A stretch of 64,000 bases of DNA, taken from a virus. The notes beneath the pieces were generated by a model. The model was given only the letters and a program-made list of their open reading frames with translations, had not been told where the DNA came from and did not search any database. The translations under genes were made by a program, and so were the position numbers. The DNA lies in IMG/VR virus record IMGVR_UViG_3300010373_000002, positions 49,402-113,401 of that record; one strand, given 5' to 3'. Shown here one piece after another: positions 37,248 to 47,679 of this stretch (position 1 is its first letter; every line of letters starts with the position of its first letter).

Positions 37248-38084
37248 ATGAAGCAATACCTTGATCTTTTACGGAAGATTTGCTTTGACGGAGAAGAGAA
37301 GGAGTCTCGGGCGGTCCTCCAAAGCACGGGGACCAAGCCGAAGACTCGGAGCATCTTCGGGTATCAGTGCCGGTACGACCTTCGCGAAGGATTCCCGATC
37401 GTCACCACGAAGCATGTCCCGTTCCGCCAAGTCGCCGTCGAATTGATCTGGTTCTTGCGCGGCGACACGAATATCTCGTATCTTCGTGGTCACGGGGTCA
37501 AGATTTGGGACCAATGGGCAGACTGTAACGGCGAACTTGGCCCGATTTATGGGAAGAAATGGCGCAAGTGGGAAGGAGGCTACGGAGAACAAGTAGATCA
37601 GATTGCGGAACTCTTAAAGGGGATCGAGGAAGTCAAAGCGGACCCGACCGCCTCTGCGTCCAGAAGGCTTATCGTGACGTCTTGGAACCCTTCCGACGTG
37701 AAAGAGTTCAAGGGGCCGAGCGGTTGTCACACGCTCTGTCAATTCTACGTGCTTAACGGTCGGCTGTCTTGCCATCTCTACCAGAGGTCCGCAGATGCCT
37801 TCCTGGGCGTTCCTTGGAACATCTCGTGCTACGCCTTGTTGACGGAGCTAGTCGCCAAGGTGACGAAACTAGAGGCTTACGAGTTCATCCACACGTTCGG
37901 CGACGCACACGTTTACGAGAACCACTTCGAGCAAGTAGCCGATCAGATGTCTCGGGAACCCAAGAAACTTCCACGGCTGATCATCGAAGAACCTCTTGAT
38001 AATTTAGATCGCATTTTTCCGTCTCAACTTAGACTCTTGAACTACCAACACTGTCCACGTCTTACCGGGGAGGTCGCCGTATGA
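37248..38084 (+). CDS. thyA: Thymidylate synthase
   Basis: MKQYLDL, FP.VTTK, ELIWFL.G, IWDQWA, SRR, CH, YQRSAD.FLGVP.N, GDAHVY.NH. Confidence 0.97.
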   Translation: MKQYLDLLRKICFDGEEKESRAVLQSTGTKPKTRSIFGYQCRYDLREGFPIVTTKHVPFRQVAVELIWFLRGDTNISYLRGHGVKIWDQWADCNGELGPIYGKKWRKWEGGYGEQVDQIAELLKGIEEVKADPTASASRRLIVTSWNPSDVKEFKGPSGCHTLCQFYVLNGRLSCHLYQRSADAFLGVPWNISCYALLTELVAKVTKLEAYEFIHTFGDAHVYENHFEQVADQMSREPKKLPRLIIEEPLDNLDRIFPSQLRLLNYQHCPRLTGEVAV

Positions 38085-38773
38085 TAATCTCCGCAATCGC
38101 CGCGATGGACGTGAACGGCGTCATCGGCTCTGGCGGAAAGATTCCTTGGCATCTCCCCGAGGACTTGAAGCGGTTCCGAGAGATCACGCTCGGATACCCG
38201 GTCATTATGGGCAGGAAGACGGCCGAGTCCTTGCCGGGACCGCTTGAGCGACGGCTGAATATTGTGTTGACTTACGATGAGGCTTATTGGAAGAAAGGAT
38301 TCGATACGGCCAATTCTATTGAATACGCTATCAAGATCGCCGAGGAGTATTCGGACGGCAAAGAAGCTTTCATCATCGGAGGCGGCAGAATCTTCACTAT
38401 GACGCCTCGATTCTGGGACCGACTATTTCTCACGGTGGTTGATGACGAAGAGGTTTCATGGGACGGAAACGACGCGACGCTCACTAAGCCGGAAGTCAAT
38501 GGCGACACTTTTTTCCCAGTCGAGTGGGCGTTAAGTCAAAGGTGGAGTCCGAGTTTCTTTTGCGAATTTCGTGATTGGTCGAAGACGAACACGAGGCGTA
38601 ACTGGTTCCTTGAACTAAACAAGCGAGAAGATGCAATATGGGATGAAGGTGGGGCCTACTTCGACATCCACAAATTCATCAAGTCCAGGCACACGCTCTT
38701 TGGAGGCAAGATCGAGTTCGGATCGGTCAAGGGAAGCACGTTCGATCACTCGGAACAGGAGCCATACGTATGA
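38081..38773 (+). CDS. folA: Dihydrofolate reductase
   Basis: IG..GKIPWHLPEDLKRF, IMGRKT.ES, R.NIVLT, IIGGG, GDTFFP. Confidence 0.95.
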   Translation: MIISAIAAMDVNGVIGSGGKIPWHLPEDLKRFREITLGYPVIMGRKTAESLPGPLERRLNIVLTYDEAYWKKGFDTANSIEYAIKIAEEYSDGKEAFIIGGGRIFTMTPRFWDRLFLTVVDDEEVSWDGNDATLTKPEVNGDTFFPVEWALSQRWSPSFFCEFRDWSKTNTRRNWFLELNKREDAIWDEGGAYFDIHKFIKSRHTLFGGKIEFGSVKGSTFDHSEQEPYV

Positions 38774-39066
38774 GCGGCGGCTACTTCGACTACAAGCAGC
38801 ACGAAATTACCGACATCGCCGATAGCGTCGAGCAGTTGATTCTCGACAACGAATCTACCTATGAAGACGAATATAATGATTCCAAGGGAAGGAACTACGG
38901 CCCGAAAGTGATTACGGCCTTCATGGAAGGGCTGGTGGCGCTCAGGGTGGCTCAGGTCTATGCACAACGCATCGACTATCTATTGACCGGCGATGACAGC
39001 GAAGAGGAGGTTCTCGGAGCGGCTGAAGGAAGAACTCGAAGGATTGACGAAGGGAGGTCCGCTTGA
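38770..39066 (+). CDS. Conserved phage protein, possibly frameshifted near its 3' end
   Basis: MSGG.FDY.Q..RIDYLL.GDD; an alternative frame after 39010 reads FSERLKEEL. Confidence 0.65.
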   Translation: MSGGYFDYKQHEITDIADSVEQLILDNESTYEDEYNDSKGRNYGPKVITAFMEGLVALRVAQVYAQRIDYLLTGDDSEEEVLGAAEGRTRRIDEGRSA

Positions 39067-40109
39067 GCGTCACCCTTAAAGCTCCCTTTCCGTACTGGGG
39101 AGGCAAACAGAAAGCAGCGTCTCTCGTATGGGAAAGACTTGGAGACGTAGACAATTATTGCGAACCGTTTTTCGGCTCTGGCGCCAACCTTTTATCGCGT
39201 CCGCATGAGCCGAAGGTTGAAACCGTCAACGATATTGACGCCATGATCGCAAACTTTTGGCGGGCGACTCAAGCCGATCCAGAAGCGGTGGCGAAGTTGG
39301 CGAACCGTCCCGTGAATGAGACCGATCAACATGCAATCCATCGTTGGCTTGTTCTGTCCGAAGAGTCTAAGCGGTTCCGCGAGAGGATGAAGACCGACCC
39401 CGACTATTTCGACGCCAAGATCGCGGCGTGGTGGTGTTGGGGAATGTGCGTGTGGATCGGCAGCGGGTTTTGTAAGAATCCAGAATCTCAACAAATTCCA
39501 CGGTTAGCCAGCCATGATGGGCGCGGAGGCGAAGGTATTCATAATGAAAATTTGCCGACTGGGAACCGCCCTCAACTCGCGGACGCCTACTCTCGCGGTC
39601 GCGGAGTTCACGGCAATGACGCTATGGGAACTTGCGAAAAACGCGAGCGGTGGTTGATCGAATGGTTTTCCGCCCTTCGTGATCGACTTCGAGCCGTCCG
39701 AGTTTGTTGTGGCGACTGGTCGAGAATCTGCGGATCGTCTTCCACTACAACAAGATTAGGACTTACTGGTTTGTTTATGGACCCCCCTTATGGTGACGCA
39801 GCCAGTCGTAATATGAGCCTGTATGCTCACGACTCGGGAACCGTTGCCGGTGAAGTTTTATCTTACTGCCTTGAACACGGCGATGACCCAATGTTCCGTA
39901 TTGTTTTGGCCGGCTACGAAGGCGAAGGCCACGACATCTTGGAAGAAAAGGGCTGGGATGTCATCGCGTGGAAGGGCGGTGGCGGTTACGGCAACCGAAC
40001 AGAGGCCGGAAAGGCGAACTCGGCTAAAGAGCGGCTATGGTGTTCACCGCACTGTATCCAAAAAGAAGAGTTGGAACTAGGCATGTTCGCGAACTGCGGA
40101 TTCAAATAA
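39063..40109 (+). CDS. DNA adenine methyltransferase (Dam/D12-like)
   Basis: PFPYWGGK, EPFFGSG, ETVND, DPPY. Confidence 0.9.
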   Translation: MSVTLKAPFPYWGGKQKAASLVWERLGDVDNYCEPFFGSGANLLSRPHEPKVETVNDIDAMIANFWRATQADPEAVAKLANRPVNETDQHAIHRWLVLSEESKRFRERMKTDPDYFDAKIAAWWCWGMCVWIGSGFCKNPESQQIPRLASHDGRGGEGIHNENLPTGNRPQLADAYSRGRGVHGNDAMGTCEKRERWLIEWFSALRDRLRAVRVCCGDWSRICGSSSTTTRLGLTGLFMDPPYGDAASRNMSLYAHDSGTVAGEVLSYCLEHGDDPMFRIVLAGYEGEGHDILEEKGWDVIAWKGGGGYGNRTEAGKANSAKERLWCSPHCIQKEELELGMFANCGFK

Positions 40110-40119
40110 GGAGAATAAC

Positions 40120-40634
40120 ATGAAGACTGTTTATCGTTCAATAAACATCGATCTCTTCGAGCCTGGCGATTGGGTTTCGATTTGCGGTAACAAAAATATG
40201 ATGGGGTATGTCCGAGAAGCCATATATCGAGAAGGGAAAGAAGAATATGGCCGCGTAAAGGTCTCTAGAAGAGAGTCTGATATGGTAGTTATTGGCACGA
40301 CTCGAAAGATTTGGTTTTAGCGAAACGACGACTGCCGCGAGAAGACCCTCTATTTGTTCGGGCGAACTATATAGGCGGAGAACTATGGGAGATGGTTTTT
40401 ACGCACGGAGATCACAACGGAAACTTCTATCTAGGTCAGCCATGTTGCGATCCCGTTAGTGAATATGCGACAGTTTTAGTTATGGATAAATCAGGGAATC
40501 TCGGAGGAGTGTTCCATAAGGGTTTCCTTCCCGGCCTCTTTGAAGGCGATGACTTTCCGTTGTTGTCCCAGTTTCTTGAGAGAGCCAACAAGCACGGATA
40601 CCGAGTCTTCCGAGAAGTGAAAGGGAACCTATGA
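40120..40634 (+). CDS. Hypothetical; two overlapping ORFs (40120-40320 and 40311-40634), possibly one frameshifted gene
   Basis: Only the first ORF has an RBS; a -1 shift near CGAAAGA at about 40303 would join them. Confidence 0.4.
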
Positions 40635-41101
40635 ACCAAGATCATATTGACGCCGCCTTGAAGCAAATCGAGTCGGCTGACGACTGCGTTGAGATCAAGT
40701 CGATCACGGGCGAAGACTGCGCTCGGGCGATGGCGAAGTTCGGATGCACGGTGACTGACAGTCTCATGTTTGAGGTTGGCGGCCAATCGCATCCCTTATT
40801 GGCTTATGTCGCGACGAATGACGTTGGCCCGATCAGTCATATCCCCCTCACGAAGATTGACTATCGAGACGTTTTCGAACCGGAGTATTACATCGCCTTA
40901 TCGTTGGCGTCATCGAAGGCTTATATTCAAGGTTGGCTTGCCGGCTGGGACGATAGGTGGCCTACGGAAAACAATATTTACTTGAAAGACGCCGAGACTC
41001 GATACGAAATGGCCCTCGGCTTCATCGACGGGATGGAAGCGAAAGGTTTCTTTGAACTATTGAAGGAGATCGAAGTTGGATCAAGTGAATCCTCTGATTG
41101 A
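40631..41101 (+). CDS. Hypothetical protein
   Basis: Coupled ORF with an AAGGGA RBS. Confidence 0.55.
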   Translation: MNQDHIDAALKQIESADDCVEIKSITGEDCARAMAKFGCTVTDSLMFEVGGQSHPLLAYVATNDVGPISHIPLTKIDYRDVFEPEYYIALSLASSKAYIQGWLAGWDDRWPTENNIYLKDAETRYEMALGFIDGMEAKGFFELLKEIEVGSSESSD

Positions 41102-42203
41102 ATACTTCTCCGGCGGCGGGACCGTGGCCGACTTACAAGCGAACCGCTGTATCCAAGTGATTCCGCACGCCAAGTTGCCGCTCGACATCCTTCTCGCCCA
41201 CAAGACGGATTCCAACAAGATCGACCCTGTGACTCGCGAGTGTCGCGGTACGGTCATTGAGCGTGGGACCAACCGGATCGTCGCCAAGTCGTTCAAGCGG
41301 TTTTTTGATTACCGCCACGCAAAGGCCGGCGACTTCGACTGGGAAGACTTCATGGCTACAGTCAAGGAAGACGGCATCATGACGCCGGTCTACTCGTGGG
41401 AAGGCCGATGGTTCTCCGGGACCAAAGGCACATTCGGCGACCGGGTTGTCTCCGGCGACAAGACTCATCAAGAGAACTTTTGGCATGTCTCGCGGATCGA
41501 CCCGCACGGACTCGATCCGGCGTGGACCTACGTCTTTGAGTTATGCGTGGACTTCCCCGGCAGGATCAAGCGGTACGCCAGGCCAAAACCAATCCTCTTG
41601 ACGATGTTCGACCCGGTGACGTGCCGGGAACTGAGCGACGGCGAGATTGCGAAGGCGGCTCGTTTTATCCGGGTGGCACGGCCGACGAAGATCGAGTTTG
41701 ATTGGGACGATCCGATCGCTGAGATCAAGAGATTTCTCGGCGACAACGATATCGCCAACGGCATGTCTCCGGCGGTCCCAGGTATCGAAGGTCTCGTCGT
41801 CAAGGACTGTAACGGCGAGCGACTGAAGTTCAAGACAAAGACTTGGGAATATCTCCACAGGCTCAATAACAACGGAATGGAAGTGGAAGATTCCGCGTTG
41901 GCCGAGTTCCACTTTAAAGTGAACAGCGGATTTCTCTGGGACTTCCCGGTGGAACGTCTCCAATTGCAAGCGGTGCAAGTTGCCGTGAAGATCGGCGACG
42001 CATACGACGAACTCAAATATGTTTGGCTTCGAGTGAAAGATATCGAAGGCCAAAAAGAATTCGCGGAGGCAGTCAAGGATGAGCCGTTTTCCTTTGTCTT
42101 ATTTAAGGCGAGGAAACTCAGAGATTTCCCTGCGGCGTGGTACGATTCCGGCAGTCAGATCGTCAAGAAGTTGTTCGGCGAGAAGAAGGAGAACGCTCAG
42201 TGA
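41076..42203 (+). CDS. T4 Rnl1-like RNA ligase
   Basis: ECRG, F.RFF, motif I KEDG, YVFEL, EGLVV, LKFK. Confidence 0.85.
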   Translation: MDQVNPLIEYFSGGGTVADLQANRCIQVIPHAKLPLDILLAHKTDSNKIDPVTRECRGTVIERGTNRIVAKSFKRFFDYRHAKAGDFDWEDFMATVKEDGIMTPVYSWEGRWFSGTKGTFGDRVVSGDKTHQENFWHVSRIDPHGLDPAWTYVFELCVDFPGRIKRYARPKPILLTMFDPVTCRELSDGEIAKAARFIRVARPTKIEFDWDDPIAEIKRFLGDNDIANGMSPAVPGIEGLVVKDCNGERLKFKTKTWEYLHRLNNNGMEVEDSALAEFHFKVNSGFLWDFPVERLQLQAVQVAVKIGDAYDELKYVWLRVKDIEGQKEFAEAVKDEPFSFVLFKARKLRDFPAAWYDSGSQIVKKLFGEKKENAQ

Positions 42204-42520
42204 CCGATACGGAAAAGCATGAATTCTTAGGAGAACTAACTGAACTTGTAGGTAATTTGAACTACAAAGGCTTTGAGTTTATCTTGAGGCCGGATCAAAG
42301 TTTTGACGGTCTTCTGGAATTTACAGTTCAAAAGAAAACATACAGCAAAGACATGGTTCTCGATAGGTCGATTTCAAGAATCTGCTTTTCCGTGGAGACT
42401 GCGTTCCACTCGAAATACTATTTCACTCCTGATTTTGTTTTCAACATGATCATGGATGTCGAGCGACTAATTTCTCGGAAGTTATTCGACGAGAACAACG
42501 CCAACCTTTTCCAATCCTAA
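42200..42520 (+). CDS. Hypothetical protein
   Basis: AAGGAG RBS; GTGA overlap. Confidence 0.55.
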   Translation: MTDTEKHEFLGELTELVGNLNYKGFEFILRPDQSFDGLLEFTVQKKTYSKDMVLDRSISRICFSVETAFHSKYYFTPDFVFNMIMDVERLISRKLFDENNANLFQS

Positions 42521-42549
42521 TCATCCCGCACGTCAACACAGAGGCTAGA

Positions 42550-45500
42550 ATGCTCAACGATAGCGTTTCCACGTCCAACGGTCACAAAAACGGCCAAGTT
42601 GCCGACGATTATCTTCACCGTCATTGCGGTATGAAGTTCGAGGCTACGTTCAACCAGACCGACCCCTTAATCACGAATAAGGATCAATTCAAGTGGGGCA
42701 AGAGGCCCATCAAGATCACGGCGGCTGACGGTAAGGTCGTGTTCGAGCGGAAAGAGTGCGAGTTCCCCGAGTCATGGTCCGACAACGCTTGCCAAGTGGT
42801 TGCGTCGAAGTATTTCTACGGGACTCCCGGCAAGGAGCCTTGCGAGAACAGCGTTGACGAACTCGTGACTCGCGTGGTCAACACGATCGCCGACTGGGGC
42901 TTCAAAGACGGTTACTTCGACCGAGCCGAGGCGTGGCGATTCGAGCGGGAATTGTACTCGCTCTGCGTCGGCCAGTATGCCAGCTTTAACTCGCCGGTTT
43001 GGTTTAACGTCGGTCTTCACGATCACTATGGAGTCTCAAGCGATTCAACTGGGTCCCGATGGGATGACGAGAAGAAGCAGGCTGTTCCTGCCGAGGATGG
43101 ATATAAGTATCCACAGGCAAGCGCATGTTTTATCTTGGGTGTCGATGACAACATGGATAGCATTCTCGAACTCGCTAAAACCGAGGGAATGTTGTTTCGT
43201 TATGGGTCTGGCGCTGGCTCTGATCTTTCCACGATCCGATCAAGTAAGGAATTTCTTACCGGCGGCGGCAAGCCTTCCGGTCCTCTTAGTTTTATGATAA
43301 TCTACGACGCCGTGGCTAGCGTAGTTAAGTCGGGTGGAAAAAACCGTCGCGCCGCGAAGATTCAGACATTGAAATGTTTTCATCCAGACGTTGTAGATTT
43401 TATCGAATGTAAGCAGAAAGAAGAGAAGAAGGCTAAAGCCCTTATCGCTCAAGGCTACGAGGCGAACTACAACGGCGAAGCGTACTCGTCTGTTTGTTTC
43501 CAAAACAGCAACCTCTCTGTTCGTCTCAGCGACGACTTCCTTTACGCCGTCGAGAACGACTTGCCGTGGACCACGAAAGCGGTGACGGACGGTCGCGACA
43601 TGGAGACGTTCCAGGCTAGAGACATCCTCCGCAAGATCGCCGAGAACGCTTGGCAATGCGGAGACCCCGGCGTCCAGTACGAGGACACGATCCAGAAGTG
43701 GCACACGCTCCCGAACACGGCCCCGATAAATTCGTCGAACCCATGCTGTTTTGTCGGCGAGACGTTAATCAAGACTTCTTTTGGTAGCCTATCTATCGAG
43801 TACCTGGCAAGCCGAGACTCCGAGGGCGGCTGTCCTCTTCCGTCCGTGGTTTCTTACGACAAAGAAGATAAATGCACGCAATGGGGAGAAATCGTTAAGG
43901 CTTGGAAGTCTGGCGAGACAACTGAACTTGTGGAAGTGACGATCCGCTCGGGAGAAAAATTTCGTTGCACGCCGGAGCACGTTTGGTACGTGGATGGGTT
44001 CCATCCATGCGAAGCTAAAGACTTAATGGGTCATCGGGTAGATTTCTACTTGGATTCCTCTAGTGCGACACAAAAAGAATTAGTTGTTTCCGTCGAAACA
44101 CTGAAATTGGCCGATCCTGTTCCGGTTTACGATATCGAGGTTAGGGACAATCACAATTTCACAATCACATCTGAAAATTCTCTTCGTGGGTATTTCGTCA
44201 GTAATTCGGAATACATGAGCATTGATGACAGCGCTTGCAATTTGTCTTCTTTGAACCTCGTTAAGTTTCTGCGTGCCGATGGAACCTTCGACACGGATCG
44301 CTATCGTGCCGCTGCTCGCCTCATGCTAACTGCCCAAGAGATTCTTGTTTCCCGTTGCGGCTACCCCACGAAGAAAATCGCCGAGAACGCACACCGCTTC
44401 CGCCAGCTTGGCCTTGGGTATGCGAACCTCGGCTGTCTCTTGATGCGTATGGGACTCCCCTACGACTCCGACGAAGGTCGCCACGTCGCCGCTTGCCTCA
44501 CGTCGCTGCTAACGGCCGAGGCGTACCGAACGAGTGCGGAGATCGCCGGAATCAAGGGACCGTTCGAGGGATTCGAGGTCAACAAAGATCCGATGCTTAA
44601 CGTGCTAGCGATGCACGCCCAAGCTGGAGACGATTTATTGAGGGCCGGAATTCCTGGAAGGCTTGACTACGCTCAGTCTGAGGCTTGGACGGAATGCTCG
44701 AAGTTGGCGCAAAAGTATGGTGTCCGCAATTCGCAAGTCACTGTTATAGCTCCAACTGGCACGATTGCACTCATGCAAGATTGCGACACAACAGGCATTG
44801 AGCCTGACCTCGGCCTTGTGAAAACTAAGTATCTTGCCGGCGGCGGCACAATGAGGATCGTCAACCAGAGCGTCAAGGCGGCGCTCAAGAACCTCGGCTA
44901 CTACGACGCACCTGTCTCGGACATCCTTGAATATATCGAACAGCATGGAACCGTCGAAGGTTGCAAGTCGATCGAATCGAAAGACCTTGCCGTCTTCGAC
45001 TGCTCGAATCCCGGCACGAAGGGCGGCCGGGCGATTCACCACATGGGCCACGTCAAAATGTTGTCGGCGGTCCAGCCGTTCGTCTCGGGCAGCATCTCGA
45101 AGACGGTCAACATGCCCGAATCCGCTACCGTCCAAGACATCTCCGATACCTATCTTGAAGGGTGGAAACTCGGCCTGAAGTGTATCGCCATCTACCGGGA
45201 CAATTCCAAGGGAAGCCAACCCCTCCAGATCGGTGACACTAAGGAAGGGGAGAAGACGGAACGGATCAAGGTCTCTACGCCGAAGGAGACTCCCGAGGAA
45301 CAACTTAAAAGGCTAATGAAGGCTCTGAATCCTCATGCGAGTCCGTCGCTAATCGAAGGCGGTATGAAATATCTCCCGGTCCCCAACAAGCGAGAGCGGC
45401 TTCCCGACACTCGCGAGAGCATCACTCACAAGTTCAACATCGGCGGCCATGAAGGCTACTTGACCGTTGGACTGTTCCCCGATGGACGCCCTGGGGAGCT

Positions 45501-45993
45501 ATTCGTGACCATCAGCAAGGAAGGCAGTACGATTGCCGGTCTAATGGATATGATCGGCGTGACGGTCTCCCTGTGCCTCCAGTACGGCGTTCCGCTGCAA
45601 GTGCTGGTGGACAAGTTCAGTCATACGAAGTTCGACCCATCCGGGTTTACAAAAGAGAAGGACATTCCGATCGCGTCCAGCATAGGCGACTATGTGTTCC
45701 GATGGTTGGCGATGAAGTTTATTCCCGGCTACCGCGAGGCGAACACACCGAAGCGAGAGGAGAAGGCGGTAATTGCCGGCGACTTATGCGACGGTTTGGC
45801 CGAACGAGAGAAGCAAGAAGAAATGTCCGACCGAGCGATGAAGAAACTGACCGACAGGCTTCATGAAGTCAAAATCTCCCATCCCAAGCCTCAGACCGAC
45901 GCCCCGATCTGTGACGTGTGCGGCTCTCTGACGGTTCGATCGGGAACCTGCTACGCTTGTCGTAATTGCGGCTCCAGCATGGGTTGCTCTTGA
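42550..45993 (+). CDS. nrdJ: Class II (adenosylcobalamin-dependent) ribonucleotide reductase, intein-containing
   Basis: FNSPVWFN, PQASACFI, NPC/SEY, SACNL.SLN, IAPTGTI, ISKTVN, TSCPD-type C-terminal domain and terminal Zn ribbon. Confidence 0.95.
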   Translation: MLNDSVSTSNGHKNGQVADDYLHRHCGMKFEATFNQTDPLITNKDQFKWGKRPIKITAADGKVVFERKECEFPESWSDNACQVVASKYFYGTPGKEPCENSVDELVTRVVNTIADWGFKDGYFDRAEAWRFERELYSLCVGQYASFNSPVWFNVGLHDHYGVSSDSTGSRWDDEKKQAVPAEDGYKYPQASACFILGVDDNMDSILELAKTEGMLFRYGSGAGSDLSTIRSSKEFLTGGGKPSGPLSFMIIYDAVASVVKSGGKNRRAAKIQTLKCFHPDVVDFIECKQKEEKKAKALIAQGYEANYNGEAYSSVCFQNSNLSVRLSDDFLYAVENDLPWTTKAVTDGRDMETFQARDILRKIAENAWQCGDPGVQYEDTIQKWHTLPNTAPINSSNPCCFVGETLIKTSFGSLSIEYLASRDSEGGCPLPSVVSYDKEDKCTQWGEIVKAWKSGETTELVEVTIRSGEKFRCTPEHVWYVDGFHPCEAKDLMGHRVDFYLDSSSATQKELVVSVETLKLADPVPVYDIEVRDNHNFTITSENSLRGYFVSNSEYMSIDDSACNLSSLNLVKFLRADGTFDTDRYRAAARLMLTAQEILVSRCGYPTKKIAENAHRFRQLGLGYANLGCLLMRMGLPYDSDEGRHVAACLTSLLTAEAYRTSAEIAGIKGPFEGFEVNKDPMLNVLAMHAQAGDDLLRAGIPGRLDYAQSEAWTECSKLAQKYGVRNSQVTVIAPTGTIALMQDCDTTGIEPDLGLVKTKYLAGGGTMRIVNQSVKAALKNLGYYDAPVSDILEYIEQHGTVEGCKSIESKDLAVFDCSNPGTKGGRAIHHMGHVKMLSAVQPFVSGSISKTVNMPESATVQDISDTYLEGWKLGLKCIAIYRDNSKGSQPLQIGDTKEGEKTERIKVSTPKETPEEQLKRLMKALNPHASPSLIEGGMKYLPVPNKRERLPDTRESITHKFNIGGHEGYLTVGLFPDGRPGELFVTISKEGSTIAGLMDMIGVTVSLCLQYGVPLQVLVDKFSHTKFDPSGFTKEKDIPIASSIGDYVFRWLAMKFIPGYREANTPKREEKAVIAGDLCDGLAEREKQEEMSDRAMKKLTDRLHEVKISHPKPQTDAPICDVCGSLTVRSGTCYACRNCGSSMGCS
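43747..44205 (+). other. Mini-intein (153 aa, no homing endonuclease)
   Basis: Starts CFVGET; block B CTPEH; block F VYDIEV..NHNF; ends VSN followed by a +1 Ser. Removal restores NPCSEY. Confidence 0.92.
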
Positions 45994-46002
45994 TAACGCC
46001 GT

Positions 46003-46036
46003 GGGCCGGTCCTCTTTATGGGGATCGGCCCTTTTT
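46003..46036 (+). terminator. Rho-independent terminator after nrdJ
   Basis: GGGCCGGTCC/GGATCGGCCC stem followed by TTTTT. Confidence 0.85.
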
Positions 46037-46048
46037 CACCGCCAGGGA

Positions 46049-46077
46049 TTGACTATGTGTTTCGTCTAGTGTATAAT
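46049..46077 (+). promoter_or_regulatory. Sigma70 promoter
   Basis: TTGACT-17-TATAAT. Confidence 0.8.
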
Positions 46078-46098
46078 TGGAACAGAAAGGGAGAATTC

Positions 46099-46317
46099 AT
46101 GGACAAAGGCTGGGTCGCTTGTCTTGCTTTCTTTGCGATCTCCGCCGCTTCGGTGGCGTGGACTACATGGCATCTCGGCGCTCTTTGGGGATTAGGTAGT
46201 GCCCAGAAGATACTGACCGACTTCGTTGAAAAGGTCGAGAGGATTTCCGAGCAACGCAAAAGTCGAATAGATCAAAGAATCGCACATTTAGAACAAAAAC
46301 TCAACAAGAAGGACTGA
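46099..46317 (+). CDS. TM plus coiled-coil protein
   Basis: AGGGAG RBS; hydrophobic N-terminus. Confidence 0.55.
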   Translation: MDKGWVACLAFFAISAASVAWTTWHLGALWGLGSAQKILTDFVEKVERISEQRKSRIDQRIAHLEQKLNKKD

Positions 46318-46321
46318 TTCA

Positions 46322-46777
46322 GTGGCTAACGTGAACAAGGTGATGCTCATCGGCCGTTTGACCGCCGATCCCGAACTTCGGCACACGGCCAACGGGACTG
46401 CCGTTTGCGACCTTCGGATGGCGACCTCGCGAGTGAGCAACAGTAAGACCGGCGAGAGCAAGGAAGAGAAGCTGTTCATCGACGTGACCGTGTGGCAGCG
46501 GGACGCCGAGAACGCTTGCCAGTATCTCGCGAAGGGTTCGATGGTCCACATTGAAGGTCATCTCAAGATGGAGCAATGGGAGGACAAGAACTCCGGCGAG
46601 AAGCGGAGCAAGATCAAGATCGAGTCCGAGCGGGTGACGTACTTGGACTCGAAGAAGAAGGATCAAGACGAGTCGCCGCGGATTCGTGACGAGGAAGACG
46701 ACGAGGTTCCCGTCAAGACGGTGAGTTCGAAGAAATCCAACAAGCCGGTCGTGGATGACGACGATATGCCGTTCTGA
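46322..46777 (+). CDS. ssb: Single-stranded DNA-binding protein
   Basis: NKVMLIGRLT.DPELR, YLAKGS.V.IEG.L, DDDMPF tail. Confidence 0.97.
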   Translation: MANVNKVMLIGRLTADPELRHTANGTAVCDLRMATSRVSNSKTGESKEEKLFIDVTVWQRDAENACQYLAKGSMVHIEGHLKMEQWEDKNSGEKRSKIKIESERVTYLDSKKKDQDESPRIRDEEDDEVPVKTVSSKKSNKPVVDDDDMPF

Positions 46778-46783
46778 GGATCA

Positions 46784-46900
46784 ATGACGACCGCCAAATC
46801 AATCGAGCACATCGTCGCCGTCGTACTGGCGGCATTCACAGTCGTATTTATGTTCTGGTACACAGAGCAAGTGGAACGGAGGAAGGACCGTGGGAGCTAA
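46784..46900 (+). CDS. 38-aa TM micro-protein
   Basis: GAGGA RBS; MTTAKSIEHIVAVVLAAFTVVFMFWY... Confidence 0.45.
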   Translation: MTTAKSIEHIVAVVLAAFTVVFMFWYTEQVERRKDRGS

Positions 46901-47093
46901 GGTTTCGCGGAAAGAATTTGTCGTTGTTCCCTTGAAATCGGTTCTCGACTTAATCAAGAAGTCAAGAGATGACGACTGGGAATGGGAGGATGGTTGGGCC
47001 GGGGAACATATCGTCAAGTGCAAAGAGATGAACAAACTAAGGCGAGCGATCCTTAAACTTCAAAAAACAACCTTATGTATAGGGAACCGATGA
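46890..47093 (+). CDS. Hypothetical protein
   Basis: GGAGG/AAGGA RBS with a GTG start. Confidence 0.5.
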   Translation: MGAKVSRKEFVVVPLKSVLDLIKKSRDDDWEWEDGWAGEHIVKCKEMNKLRRAILKLQKTTLCIGNR

Positions 47094-47679
47094 GTCGAGA
47101 AAAAAATCCATACGTCGTTGCCGGCGATAACGATGTCGCCGAAGAACTTAGGCGTGAAGGCTGGTGGAAAGAGGAGGAGGGACCGTGACCGAAGCGATCT
47201 CGCCTATCAAGGGAACAGAATCAATCCGATTCCTCAAGGATTATCGGTGTTTCAAAAAGGGAGACGAGTTCGAGTTCCGTCCCGGCTTGAATCTCTTGGT
47301 AGGCGATCAAGGCGTCGGCAAAAGTTCTCTGCTCGACTTGCTGACGAAGCACGGAAGAGACGGCAAGGAGTTGACAATCTCTGTCGTTTGCCGGGACACG
47401 ACTAGATTACGTGCCTTCGATTTCGAGAAGGGCAATCCCAGGATTCTACCGCTCGGCGGTCGAGACGGCAATTTCTCGGTCGGCATCCAAGCCAAGATGA
47501 TGTTCTCAAGCCACGGCGAGACTCATCGCGCTATCTTGAATTCCTCTATGGAGCACGAGCAAGCGATCGTCTTACTTGACGAGCCGGACACGTCTCTCTC
47601 GATCCGCAGTTGCCACGCCCTCTGCGGCATCCTTGACAAATTGGTCGAGCAAGGATGCCAAGTCGTCGCCGGCGTTCAC

